From an uncultured bacterium (lineage in GTDB: Bacteria > Patescibacteriota > Minisyncoccia > Phycocordibacterales > PALSA-1337), in NCBI GenBank assembly GCA_963701025.1, contig OY969557.1, forward strand, positions 298,405-362,404: a stretch of 64,000 nucleotides of DNA, given 5' to 3'. A program made the position numbers and the translations under genes. Positions within the stretch are counted from its first letter, which is position 1. Each line of letters begins with the position of its first letter. Positions 1 to 9,118 of the stretch are shown one piece after another. A model generated the notes under the pieces. It saw nothing but the letters and a program-made list of their open reading frames with translations. It searched no databases and was not told the DNA's origin.

Positions 1-131
1 GGCTTCGATATGGGCTGTTCAATGCGGCCTTCGAATTGGTCCTTGTCGAATCTAGGCAGATTTCGTGAGTCGATCAGGATCTCATCGGGATCGATATCAC
101 GGTATCTCCGCTTTTTCCAAGAGAATGGCAT
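1..131 (-). CDS. 5' end of probable penicillin-binding protein 2 (runs off the left edge)
   Basis: Manual translation from ATG at 131: MPFSWKKRRYRDIDPDEILIDSRNLPRFDKDQFEGRIEQPISK. Lies directly downstream of mreBCD, where pbp2/mrdA normally sits. Confidence 0.6.
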   Translation of the reverse strand, partial: MPFSWKKRRYRDIDPDEILIDSRNLPRFDKDQFEGRIEQPISK

Positions 132-175
132 GAGGATATGGTATCACGATGGCAGTAAGGATGATGGACTGGACA

Positions 176-436
176 TCACATTCTCACCAATTTCTTCAAA
201 AAACGGATCGCTAGGAATAGAATCACCGCGGTGATCGTTCCAGCATACTCTTTCCACCCAAGTCCGGGAACCATGCCAAAAATGGCGTCATAGGCGAGCC
301 CAGCTAGAATGATCTCAAAGAAATGTCTAAAGAGCCAAGAGCCGATGAGGGCGCAGACTACCGCCACCGGCCACCAGCCGTTCAATAGGGCGATGACTAA
401 GACGATGTCGACCAGTATCCTAAGAGCGATTTTCAT
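176..436 (-). CDS. Small integral membrane protein, positional MreD equivalent
   Basis: Hydrophobic ORF from MKIALRILVDIVLV, located between mreC and the pbp2-like ORF. Confidence 0.6.
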   Translation of the reverse strand: MKIALRILVDIVLVIALLNGWWPVAVVCALIGSWLFRHFFEIILAGLAYDAIFGMVPGLGWKEYAGTITAVILFLAIRFLKKLVRM

Positions 437-447
437 ACGGGTGAATG

Positions 448-1350
448 TTATTTTTTGGCGGAAATCTTGACGCTCGTATCGGGAACCTCGACCAATACCC
501 ATCGGAGCTGGTAGATATTGACCGGCGGGGCGAATAAGACGGTCTCGAACGGATTGGCCGGATCGGCTAATACGGCGCTTACAATGCCGAAAGGCGCGTC
601 GCTCAATGAGGAGTCGGAGACTGCATCGCCTTGGCTTATCTTTGACGCTTGAGGCACTTGGGCCTCGTATTGCCCGCCGCCGCGGCCGACGGCAGTGGCG
701 GGAACGTGTCCGGGACCGATAAGTATGGGATAAGTCTCTCCGGGTGAAGAAAACAAAATAACCGTGGAAGTTTGGCCGAGGATATCGGTAGTCGTGCCGA
801 TGAGAATATTACCGGGAGCGTAGACTCGGGCGCCCGAGGGGATGCCATAGTCATTACCGACGTCGATGACGAGCTCGTCGTACGGAGCGAACGGCGGGCG
901 CACCAATACCGCAGCAAGGATGCGGCCGGGGACGGCTTTCAGATATGCAGGCGCCGATGTAGACGTTGAAGACGCCGACAAAGCGTTCGATGACGCCATT
1001 ATTGTCGTCATAGCGGTAGTCGTCGCGATAGTTCGCCCAAGCATGGCCATGAATTCGGCATTGTCCGATTGGAGCGCTTGTACGGACTGATTCTCAACGC
1101 TCATGGCTATCAATTGGCGCTTTAGATCTTCGTTCTCCGCAAGCAAAGCCTGCGGAGAATCGAGGGAGCCGCTCCCGACAGAGAATTCAACGCGCCAAAA
1201 AGGCCGGACGACGGCGGTAAAGAGCCCGGATAGGAAACGCGGAGCAATAAGCTCGATCGTCGCGACGATGACGACAAGTACGCCACAGACGATCGCGATC
1301 ATCCGGATACGCGCGTCCCTCGGCCGCTTACTTGTTCGAATATACATCAT
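448..1350 (-). CDS. mreC: Rod shape-determining protein MreC
   Basis: N-terminal TM helix, coiled coil (LLAENEDLKRQL) and beta domain (DELVIDVGNDYGI...LIG); follows mreB. Start approximate. Confidence 0.88.
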   Translation of the reverse strand: MMYIRTSKRPRDARIRMIAIVCGVLVVIVATIELIAPRFLSGLFTAVVRPFWRVEFSVGSGSLDSPQALLAENEDLKRQLIAMSVENQSVQALQSDNAEFMAMLGRTIATTTAMTTIMASSNALSASSTSTSAPAYLKAVPGRILAAVLVRPPFAPYDELVIDVGNDYGIPSGARVYAPGNILIGTTTDILGQTSTVILFSSPGETYPILIGPGHVPATAVGRGGGQYEAQVPQASKISQGDAVSDSSLSDAPFGIVSAVLADPANPFETVLFAPPVNIYQLRWVLVEVPDTSVKISAKK

Positions 1351-2398
1351 CTTCGCTTTCGAGGAGCACACTCCGGTATTTGTCTAGATCTTCCAGAATG
1401 ACACCCGCGCCGCGGGCGATGGCGGTCAGAGGGTCTTCGGCCACAGTCACGGGTATGTTCAGAGTCTCACGCAGAAGGTCATCCAGACCCTTGATGAGCG
1501 CGCCGCCGCCGACTAGGTGTATGCCACGCTTCATGATATCGGAGAGGATCTCCGGCGGCGTCGTCTCCAGAGTCTCGCGGGCTGATTCGACGATACTCTC
1601 GATGGAGCTCGCCATGGCCTCACGGATATCAGAGTCGGTGATGACGACCTCGCGCGGAAGGCCGGTTATGAGGTCGCGGCCGCGGATGGTCGTCTCGACG
1701 GATTCCTTGGGCATGACGAGCCCCACGTCGATCTTGACCTGTTCTGCCGTCGTCTCGCCGATCAGTATTTTGAACTCGTTGCGGATATAGGAAATGATGT
1801 CGTTATTTAGCTTATCCCCGGCTATCTTCAGGTTCTTCGAGCGGACGATGCCACCCAGGGATATGACTGCGATGTCGGTCGTGCCGCCGCCGATGTCGAT
1901 GACCATCGAACCGACCGGTTCGTGAATAGGCAGGCGTATACCTATGGCCCCGGCCATGGGCTGTTCGACGATATAGACCTCGCGGGCTCCGGCGTTCTTG
2001 GTGGCGTCGCGCACGGCTCTAACCTCGACGTTGGTGACGCCTGAAGGCACGCCGACGACCACTCGCGGCCCGAGGAATTTCTTTGGCAGATATTCATTGG
2101 CCCGCTTCATGAGATAAGAGAGCATCTCTTCGGTCACTTCGAAGTCAGATATGACGCCGTCGACGAGCGGGCGCACGGCGATGATGTGGGCCGGCGTGCG
2201 ACCGAGCATGTCCTTGGCCGCGGCACCTACGGCTACGACCTGGCCTGTCTTTTGGTTGACCGCTACGACTGACGGTTCGTTCACTACGATGCCTTTGCCG
2301 CGGACGTAGACCAGGGTGTTGGCCGTGCCTAGGTCTATACCGATGTCATTGGAAAAACGGCCGAGGAGCTTGTCTTTATATTCCTTGAAGGAAGGCAT
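1328..2398 (-). CDS. mreB: Rod shape-determining protein MreB
   Basis: IGIDLGTANTLV, EPSVVA, DIGGGTTD and GGGALI actin-fold motifs. Confidence 0.97.
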   Translation of the reverse strand: MPSFKEYKDKLLGRFSNDIGIDLGTANTLVYVRGKGIVVNEPSVVAVNQKTGQVVAVGAAAKDMLGRTPAHIIAVRPLVDGVISDFEVTEEMLSYLMKRANEYLPKKFLGPRVVVGVPSGVTNVEVRAVRDATKNAGAREVYIVEQPMAGAIGIRLPIHEPVGSMVIDIGGGTTDIAVISLGGIVRSKNLKIAGDKLNNDIISYIRNEFKILIGETTAEQVKIDVGLVMPKESVETTIRGRDLITGLPREVVITDSDIREAMASSIESIVESARETLETTPPEILSDIMKRGIHLVGGGALIKGLDDLLRETLNIPVTVAEDPLTAIARGAGVILEDLDKYRSVLLESEDDVYSNK

Positions 2399-2477
2399 AG
2401 TACATACACACTATCACAAATCAAAAAAGGGGGTAATTGACATATGGGGGCAAGATGTGGTAGTCTCATTTCAGATA

Positions 2478-2819
2478 GTGGATCCTGTAGGAGACGCTTT
2501 GTTGTTGGACAAAGCTGATGGGGAAAAAACCGAAGGTCTTTGTGGTGGTTTAGGACTGGGGTGCGTTAGTGCTCTCTTGACATTTGTTTTGTCAATTGGA
2601 GTTTTTCTGAAGTCTGCGACTGAAGCCACTATGATGTGTTTCGGGGTAATGGCCATAGTATTGAAACGCCTTCAGGACATCTCTTGGAAAAGAACAGAAG
2701 CCAGGAAAACCAGAGATGAGTTATTGCTGAAGTGGAAAACCTTATCTGGCCTCTTGCTTAATTTGCCAAGCAAGCATGAGTTGTTTGAAAATAAGCCGAC
2801 CATGGCGAACGCGAATTAA
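2478..2819 (+). CDS. Hypothetical small membrane protein (start uncertain: GTG 2478 or TTG 2499)
   Basis: Two hydrophobic segments, AGGAG before TTG 2499, and an upstream TTGACA...TAGTCT promoter-like sequence. The antisense ORF 2471..2656 is an alternative. Confidence 0.35.
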   Translation: MDPVGDALLLDKADGEKTEGLCGGLGLGCVSALLTFVLSIGVFLKSATEATMMCFGVMAIVLKRLQDISWKRTEARKTRDELLLKWKTLSGLLLNLPSKHELFENKPTMANAN

Positions 2820-3087
2820 CGACCAAAAGTTGTCATATTCTCAATTCAACAAATCCCGAGCAGACAGCTGTTCGGGTATTTTTAATATTTATGGCGACGG
2901 AGAGAGGACATCCCCTGGCAGACCACCACTTTTAAAATCTTGCTGTAACAAGATTCCCGCGAAATCAGCCACGATTTTTCAACGTATAATCCCGAATTCT
3001 GCGGAAAAATCTTGCTATGACAAGATTTTCAAACAGGGGTACAGTGAGGAACATGTCCGTACCCTCATTGCCGATTTTTCCACACCA

Positions 3088-4374
3088 TCAAAGCGCCTTC
3101 AAAGAAAGTATCTCTACCTTCCCCGTCAACCTGTCTTTGACCTCGATAGAGCCGCCTTCGGAAGCGCCAGTTGCCAAAGTCTTCTCGCTTATGACATATC
3201 TCTTGGGAATGCCGATGAGGTCAGAATCTCCGAATTTTTCGCCAGCCGAAACATCACGATCGTCATAGAGGACTTCGATGCCCTTCTCCGTCAATTTCCT
3301 ATACAGATCATCCGCGGTTTTCTTGACGATGCCACCCGCGGCGCCCGAGCTATTCGCGCCGCCGGCCTTCTCTTTTTCGAAAAGCGCGACGAGATGCACG
3401 GCGAAAGGCGCGACGGTCTCCGGCCAGACCAATCCTTTGTCGTCGGCGTGTATCTCGACGATGGTACCCATGACTCGGCCGGGACCGATGCCGTAACTGC
3501 CCATGAAGACAGGCCGTATCTTCCCCGCTTCGTCTTTGTAATTCAAACCGAGGGCCTCGGAAAAGCGGGTACCCAGAGTGAAAATGTTGCCGACTTCGAT
3601 CGCCTTGTGTTCTTTAAGCTCTGATTTCTTCATACCGATATCCTTGAGAATCTCATCCGTAAGGACTTCCTTATTCACGGCAAGATCTGTTCCTTGCTTT
3701 ATATAAATAGTATCTTCTCCTGAACCACAGATCGTCTGGAACTCATGCGAGTATTTTGAGAATGATCCACCCGAAGCGAACGTAATATATGTCTGACTTC
3801 CAAGACCTAACCGATCAAAGATTTTCCTATATGCTTCTTTCGCTTTGACATAAAATCCAGCATGTGCCTCTTCACCCACATTGAACGAATACAGATCCTT
3901 CATCAAAAATTCTCTGCCCCGCAATATGCCGGACTTGGCCCGCTCTTCATTGCGGAACTTCGTCTGGAATTGATAGACCGCCTTGGGCAGATCGCGATAC
4001 GAGCGGACATGATCTTTCATGAGTGCCGTCAGCGGCTCTTCGTGGGTAAAGCCGAGGCCGACATCGCTCCCATTCTTGAGCTTCGTCTTGAACCAATTAT
4101 CGACGGCTTTGTCATCCCAACGACCGGTTGCTTCCCAAACTTTCTTGTCCTGCAGAGCGGTCAGATGGACCTCCTGCCCGCCGATCGCGTTCATCTCCTC
4201 GCGGATGACGCCGACGATCTTGTTGAGCACCCGCAAGCCGAGCGGCAGATACGAGTAGACGCCGGCCATTTCCTTGTGTATATAGCCCGCGCGGATGAGA
4301 AGCTGGGCGTTCTTTGCCACTTCGTCCTTTGGTGCTTCGCGGCGGGTCTTGGTGAAGAGATTGGATTGGCGCAT
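3088..4374 (-). CDS. proS: Proline--tRNA ligase (short form without editing domain)
   Basis: MRQSNLFTKT, LLIRAGYI, FRNEERAKSGILRGREFLMKDLYSF, GSYGIGPGR and an anticodon-binding domain. Confidence 0.97.
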   Translation of the reverse strand: MRQSNLFTKTRREAPKDEVAKNAQLLIRAGYIHKEMAGVYSYLPLGLRVLNKIVGVIREEMNAIGGQEVHLTALQDKKVWEATGRWDDKAVDNWFKTKLKNGSDVGLGFTHEEPLTALMKDHVRSYRDLPKAVYQFQTKFRNEERAKSGILRGREFLMKDLYSFNVGEEAHAGFYVKAKEAYRKIFDRLGLGSQTYITFASGGSFSKYSHEFQTICGSGEDTIYIKQGTDLAVNKEVLTDEILKDIGMKKSELKEHKAIEVGNIFTLGTRFSEALGLNYKDEAGKIRPVFMGSYGIGPGRVMGTIVEIHADDKGLVWPETVAPFAVHLVALFEKEKAGGANSSGAAGGIVKKTADDLYRKLTEKGIEVLYDDRDVSAGEKFGDSDLIGIPKRYVISEKTLATGASEGGSIEVKDRLTGKVEILSLKAL

Positions 4375-4398
4375 ATTGTCTTGAATGATAGCGCAAAA

Positions 4399-5472
4399 TC
4401 ATCCTTTGACAAACCTAACGATATCCTTATATGTGACCGCCACCATAAGGATCATGAGCAAGGCGAAGCCAACCATATTCACGGTATTGGTGAACTTCGG
4501 AGATATGCGCCGACGGATGACGCCTTCGATGAGAACAAAGAGGATGCGCCCGCCGTCCAAAGCCGGGAAAGGGATGAGGTTGACGATGGCCAGATTGATG
4601 GAGATGAGGGCCGTTACCATAAGCAAATAAGTGAAGCCTAGCTTGGCGGCGCTACCCACGATACCGGCTATACCGACAGGTCCGGCTATATCGGAGAAAT
4701 CGGCTGTGCCGTGGAAGATGTTAGCGATGAAAGAATACAAGCCCACGGCGGTCTCCTTGATCATTATGACGGTGTAGTGGCCGCCCTCATAGACGGCTGT
4801 AAAGAATGGCAAGCGCATGTCCACGACGCTATCCATAGCGATACCTATGGCATATTTGTCTGGAACGATGCCTTGGACGGGTATGATATTTGCAGTCTCC
4901 GGCGTGCCTCCTCTATCGTATGCGAAGGTCAATGCTTTGCCGGCGCTTGCATCTATGCTTTTTTGGATGGCGACAATGTCCTGGCCGGGAAGCACGTCTC
5001 CCGCCATGAGACCCGCTTTTGCCGCCGGCGAACCAGGCAGGACATCAGTGACCATGATCCGTTGGTTGGAAAAGTCATCGGCGTATTTCTCGAAGCCGTC
5101 TGCCGTGGCCGTCACGCCGTGAGCGAACAGTCCGGCATACAGGACCCAAGCAAACAGGACGTTGAAAAAGACCCCTGCCGCTAGGACCATGATCTGCTGG
5201 TAGCGCGGCTTGTTGACAAAGCTTCTCTTTGCGTCGGGACCGAGGATCGAATCCGCATCCGGATTCTCGCCATGAATCTTTACGTATCCTCCGAAGGGAA
5301 TCAGATTGACGCCATATTCAGTTTTATCAAATTTCCAAGCGACAAGCTTAGGCCCGAAGCCGATCTTGAAGGCATCCACCCGTATGCCGCATATGCGCGC
5401 GAACACGAAATGCCCTAGCTCATGCACGAAGATGAGGACCGCAAGTACTATGAGAAAGATTATGACGGTCAT
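4399..5472 (-). CDS. rseP: RIP metalloprotease RseP (M50 family, PDZ domain)
   Basis: HELGH zinc motif, PFGGYVKI, PDZ (GSPAAKAGL) and NLIPFPALDGG. Confidence 0.95.
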   Translation of the reverse strand: MTVIIFLIVLAVLIFVHELGHFVFARICGIRVDAFKIGFGPKLVAWKFDKTEYGVNLIPFGGYVKIHGENPDADSILGPDAKRSFVNKPRYQQIMVLAAGVFFNVLFAWVLYAGLFAHGVTATADGFEKYADDFSNQRIMVTDVLPGSPAAKAGLMAGDVLPGQDIVAIQKSIDASAGKALTFAYDRGGTPETANIIPVQGIVPDKYAIGIAMDSVVDMRLPFFTAVYEGGHYTVIMIKETAVGLYSFIANIFHGTADFSDIAGPVGIAGIVGSAAKLGFTYLLMVTALISINLAIVNLIPFPALDGGRILFVLIEGVIRRRISPKFTNTVNMVGFALLMILMVAVTYKDIVRFVKG

Positions 5473-5508
5473 TTCTTAGGTCAATTAGACTAATTAGAAA
5501 TTAGGTAA

Positions 5509-6060
5509 TTAGCCTAATATCTCCTTCTCTTTCTTGCTATACGCCTCGTCCAATTTTTTATTCGCTTCATCGACGATCTTCTGTGTTTCGCCCTTGAGCC
5601 GGAATATCTCGTCCTTGCCGATGCCGCCGGCCTTCTCTTTGGCGCCGAGATCCTTGATGACGCCGTCGCGGTGGCTCCGCACTTGCTTCTTTGCGTCCTC
5701 CATCTTTGCCTTGGCCATCTTGGCGATCTCCACGCGGCGGTCGGCGGTCTGATCCGGAAAATTCACCCGCAGGCCCTGATCATCGACAACGACGGAAAGC
5801 CCGAGGTTGGCGGCGATGATGCCTTTCTCTATGTCCTTGATCTGGCCCTTATCCCACGGCATGATTCGCAATGTCCTGGCGCCTTCAATCATGATCGAGG
5901 CTACCTCTTTTAGTCCCAGTGGGGAGCCGTAGACTTCAACGCGAACCGCGTCGAGGATATTCGGCGAAGCTTGGCCTGTGCGGATCTGCTGGAACTCTTT
6001 TTTGATCCAGTCTTCGACGCCGGCTATCTGTTTTTTGAACGGATTGAAATCGTAAGCCAT
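5509..6060 (-). CDS. frr: Ribosome recycling factor
   Basis: IRTGQASPNILD...VEVYGS, IEKGIIAANLGL, RRVEIAK and KKEKEIL. Confidence 0.96.
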   Translation of the reverse strand: MAYDFNPFKKQIAGVEDWIKKEFQQIRTGQASPNILDAVRVEVYGSPLGLKEVASIMIEGARTLRIMPWDKGQIKDIEKGIIAANLGLSVVVDDQGLRVNFPDQTADRRVEIAKMAKAKMEDAKKQVRSHRDGVIKDLGAKEKAGGIGKDEIFRLKGETQKIVDEANKKLDEAYSKKEKEILG

Positions 6061-6091
6061 GGGAAAAGTATAATACACCGACAGTATAGCA

Positions 6092-6835
6092 CTAAATATT
6101 CAGCGCCATATATTCGAGAAGCATCTTCATGGAGGGCGACCGGTCATTCATGTATTTCCGAGCAAGTGCGATAGCTTCCAGGGCGTGGCGATTTTTCTTG
6201 ACACCTCCTTTCGCGTAGGCGGCCGCTTCAATCGCGTTTATAAGATCTATGGCGTCCTGCTTGATCTTCCTCCCCTGCCTGCTCATGCCTGCCGGCAGGC
6301 CGGCGACAGGCAGATCTTTGGCGATGGCGTTCATGAGGGATTTGATCGTCTCAAGGCGCTTGGCGACGGGCGCTTTCAGGAAATCGTCGGCTTCTTTCAT
6401 TAGATCGGCGTCACTACAGCCAACGGTAGTGTCTATCATCGAAAGCCGCGACTTCACGGTCGGCAAGAGCAGATGAGCCGAAGGAATGATCAGGAAAATA
6501 TGCGCGTATTCCGGCGGCTCTTCCAAAAGCTTGAGCAAAGCGTTTTGCGCCTCGACCGTGATCCCGTTCATCGTCAGGATGAATATCTTCGTGCCAGCGG
6601 CGGTATCCTTCTTGTCGGTATTCATCGTCGGCCTTGTCATGGCAAGGGCCTTCAGTTCGCGAGCATCGTCAATAGTGAAAACTTGGTACGTCCTGTCGAA
6701 AAAATCGGGATTGCCGCGCGTCTTCACCTTATGCTTCTTCCCCAATGACAAAATCAATCCGGCTCGCGCCGAATCGCCGCCGATCAGGCAATAAGCATGG
6801 TGGGAAAGAAAGTCAGGATATATAATCGATGACAT
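6092..6835 (-). CDS. holB: DNA polymerase III delta-prime-like subunit (reduced)
   Basis: TIDDAREL, EAQNALLKLLEEPP and LLPTVKSR motifs; no Walker A. Confidence 0.8.
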   Translation of the reverse strand: MSSIIYPDFLSHHAYCLIGGDSARAGLILSLGKKHKVKTRGNPDFFDRTYQVFTIDDARELKALAMTRPTMNTDKKDTAAGTKIFILTMNGITVEAQNALLKLLEEPPEYAHIFLIIPSAHLLLPTVKSRLSMIDTTVGCSDADLMKEADDFLKAPVAKRLETIKSLMNAIAKDLPVAGLPAGMSRQGRKIKQDAIDLINAIEAAAYAKGGVKKNRHALEAIALARKYMNDRSPSMKMLLEYMALNI

Positions 6836-6923
6836 GGATAAATTGTACTCTCTTATGCGACATGCTACCATATGGGCGCTTCCCCTTGATATATTTTATA
6901 GATAAAGACGTCAATATACATCG

Positions 6924-8456
6924 ATGTTTTCCAAATTCCTCGAACATAAGATCACCCTCGCGATCGCCGCCGCGCTATGCGTCATCGTGGCCAGCGGTTC
7001 GGCCTATTTCCTATTCTTTCCGCAAAAACACGTCCTTACCAACGCGACCGCCCGAGTCATGACCATTCAAGAGACGGTTTCGGTCGATGGCACGGTCGAT
7101 GCCGATCAGCATGTCTCGTTGTCGTTCAAGCAAAGCGGATTTACCATGGCCGTAAACGTAAAGACCGTCGACGTCAAAGTCGGAGACGCGGTCAAAACGG
7201 GCGATACCCTAGCCACCGTCGATTCCGGAACTCTGCCTGCCCAGCTCCTCGGCGCCGAAGCCGACGTACAATCGGCGGGGGCCAATGTCACCGCCCTGCA
7301 AAAAGGCGCCACTCCCCAGACGATTGCGGTCTATGACCAGAATATATCGACTACCCAGTTGGCTTTGGCTACCGCGGTCCGCGACGCCTACTTGAAGATC
7401 CAGGATGCCCTGCTCAACAAAGCCGGCTCCCTTTTCTATAACGATACCAGCGCCAACCCGACGCTCTCCATACCGATCGATTCATCTCAAACTGGCCTCG
7501 CTATCAATAACGCCAGAGTCGACATGACAAGCCGTATGAGCGACTGGAATTCCTTGCAGAATGCGTCGGCGACCGGTGATGCCACACTAGCCGAAGTCAC
7601 CGGCGACATAGCCGCCGTGAAAAGCTTCATCGATTCCCTTTCATCGGCCGTCAACCGGCTAACCACGAGCAATTCAGGCATGACCCAAAGCGCCATAAAC
7701 GCCGACATGACCGCTATCAGCGGTGCGGCTACTGAAGTCAACGGTGCCGAAACCGAATTCAACTCCTCTTTGCAAGCCTACAAGACCGCCGCCGACCAAC
7801 TGAACGTCGTGCAGGCCTCAAGCACGGAGGAATCACTGGAGATTGCCGAAGCCGGCTTGGCCAAGGCCCAGGCGAACGTCTCCTCCATCCAAAGCCAGAT
7901 CGCCGATACGATCATGACGGCGCCGTTCGACGGCATCGTCGCCAGCGTCAATCCGAAAGTCGGCGAGAGCTTCCCCGTCGGGGCGCCGGCTATCGACGTC
8001 GTCAGCGCCGGCGCGTATAAGATAGACATGATGATACCAGAAAACGAAGTCGCGGCGATCGCCCCCGGCGACTTGGCGTATGTGACCTTCGACGCCGGAG
8101 ACGGCTTGACGGCCACCGGCACGGTGTCTTCGATCGACCTGTCAGAGACGGTGACGAACGGCGTCGGCGCCTACAAGGCCACGGTCTATCTCTCCGGCTC
8201 CGACCCGCGCATTCGCAGCGGAATGAGTGCGACCGTCACGGTGAACGGCACTTCCGCCGAAAATGTAGTCGCCGTCCCGGCAAGCGCCATCATCACCAAG
8301 AGCGACGGCTCGTACGCATTGGTCTTGAACAAGACGACCGGTTCATATATGGAAAGGAAGGTCGTCACGGGCATATCGGACGGCACTTGGACGGAGATAG
8401 TATCCGGTATCCAGGTCGGCGAAGTAGTGGCGGCTTTCGGCGACAGCGGCCAGTGA
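6924..8456 (+). CDS. Efflux membrane-fusion (RND/HlyD-type adaptor) protein with long coiled coil
   Basis: N-terminal TM, lipoyl halves VKVGDAVKTGDTLA and APFDGIVA, and C-terminal VVTGISDGTWTEIVSGI. Confidence 0.88.
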   Translation: MFSKFLEHKITLAIAAALCVIVASGSAYFLFFPQKHVLTNATARVMTIQETVSVDGTVDADQHVSLSFKQSGFTMAVNVKTVDVKVGDAVKTGDTLATVDSGTLPAQLLGAEADVQSAGANVTALQKGATPQTIAVYDQNISTTQLALATAVRDAYLKIQDALLNKAGSLFYNDTSANPTLSIPIDSSQTGLAINNARVDMTSRMSDWNSLQNASATGDATLAEVTGDIAAVKSFIDSLSSAVNRLTTSNSGMTQSAINADMTAISGAATEVNGAETEFNSSLQAYKTAADQLNVVQASSTEESLEIAEAGLAKAQANVSSIQSQIADTIMTAPFDGIVASVNPKVGESFPVGAPAIDVVSAGAYKIDMMIPENEVAAIAPGDLAYVTFDAGDGLTATGTVSSIDLSETVTNGVGAYKATVYLSGSDPRIRSGMSATVTVNGTSAENVVAVPASAIITKSDGSYALVLNKTTGSYMERKVVTGISDGTWTEIVSGIQVGEVVAAFGDSGQ

Positions 8457-8493
8457 TATCGGCCAATAGATAATAATAAATGAACCAACGCAT

Positions 8494-9105
8494 ATGAAAT
8501 TCTCATCGCGCAGTATCATCGTCATCATTCTCATCGTCGCGGCCATCGGCGGCGCGATCACGGCCTACCTCATCTATGCGGATCGCACGGTCTATATCGA
8601 TAGTTCCGATATCGAGGCGCCGGAGATAGACCTGGCCGCCACGGCTCCCGGTATGCTGAATGACATGTTCGTAAAAGCGGGAGACACGGTGGCCGCCAAC
8701 GAGGCCGTCGCGCGCGTCGGCGACGAGCTCGTCACGAGCAAGATAGCCGGATTGGTCACTAAAGCCGACGCCGTCGTCGGAGAATCTTACGCGGCGGGAC
8801 AGACTGTAGTCGCCATGATCGATCCCGGCCAGTTGCGCGTGGTCGGCCATCTCGACGAGAACAAGGGCCTGGACCGTATCCGCGTCGGACAGTACGCCAC
8901 ATTCACCGTCGACGCGTTCGGCTCCAAGCAATATACCGGCATCGTCGACGAAGTGAGCCCCGAAGCCCGCTCCGGCGACGTCGTCTTCACCATATCCGAT
9001 AAGCGCCAAGAACAGGTCTTCGACGTCAAGATCCGCTTCGACACGGCCAAATATCCGGAATTGAAGGACGGCATGTCCGCCAGGATATGGGTCTCTGCGA
9101 ACTGA
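8494..9105 (+). CDS. HlyD/EmrA-family adaptor lacking the alpha-hairpin
   Basis: TM anchor, VKAGDTV, IRVGQYATFTVDAF and LKDGMSARI. Confidence 0.85.
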   Translation: MKFSSRSIIVIILIVAAIGGAITAYLIYADRTVYIDSSDIEAPEIDLAATAPGMLNDMFVKAGDTVAANEAVARVGDELVTSKIAGLVTKADAVVGESYAAGQTVVAMIDPGQLRVVGHLDENKGLDRIRVGQYATFTVDAFGSKQYTGIVDEVSPEARSGDVVFTISDKRQEQVFDVKIRFDTAKYPELKDGMSARIWVSAN

Positions 9106-9118
9106 ATACAATCGCCAT

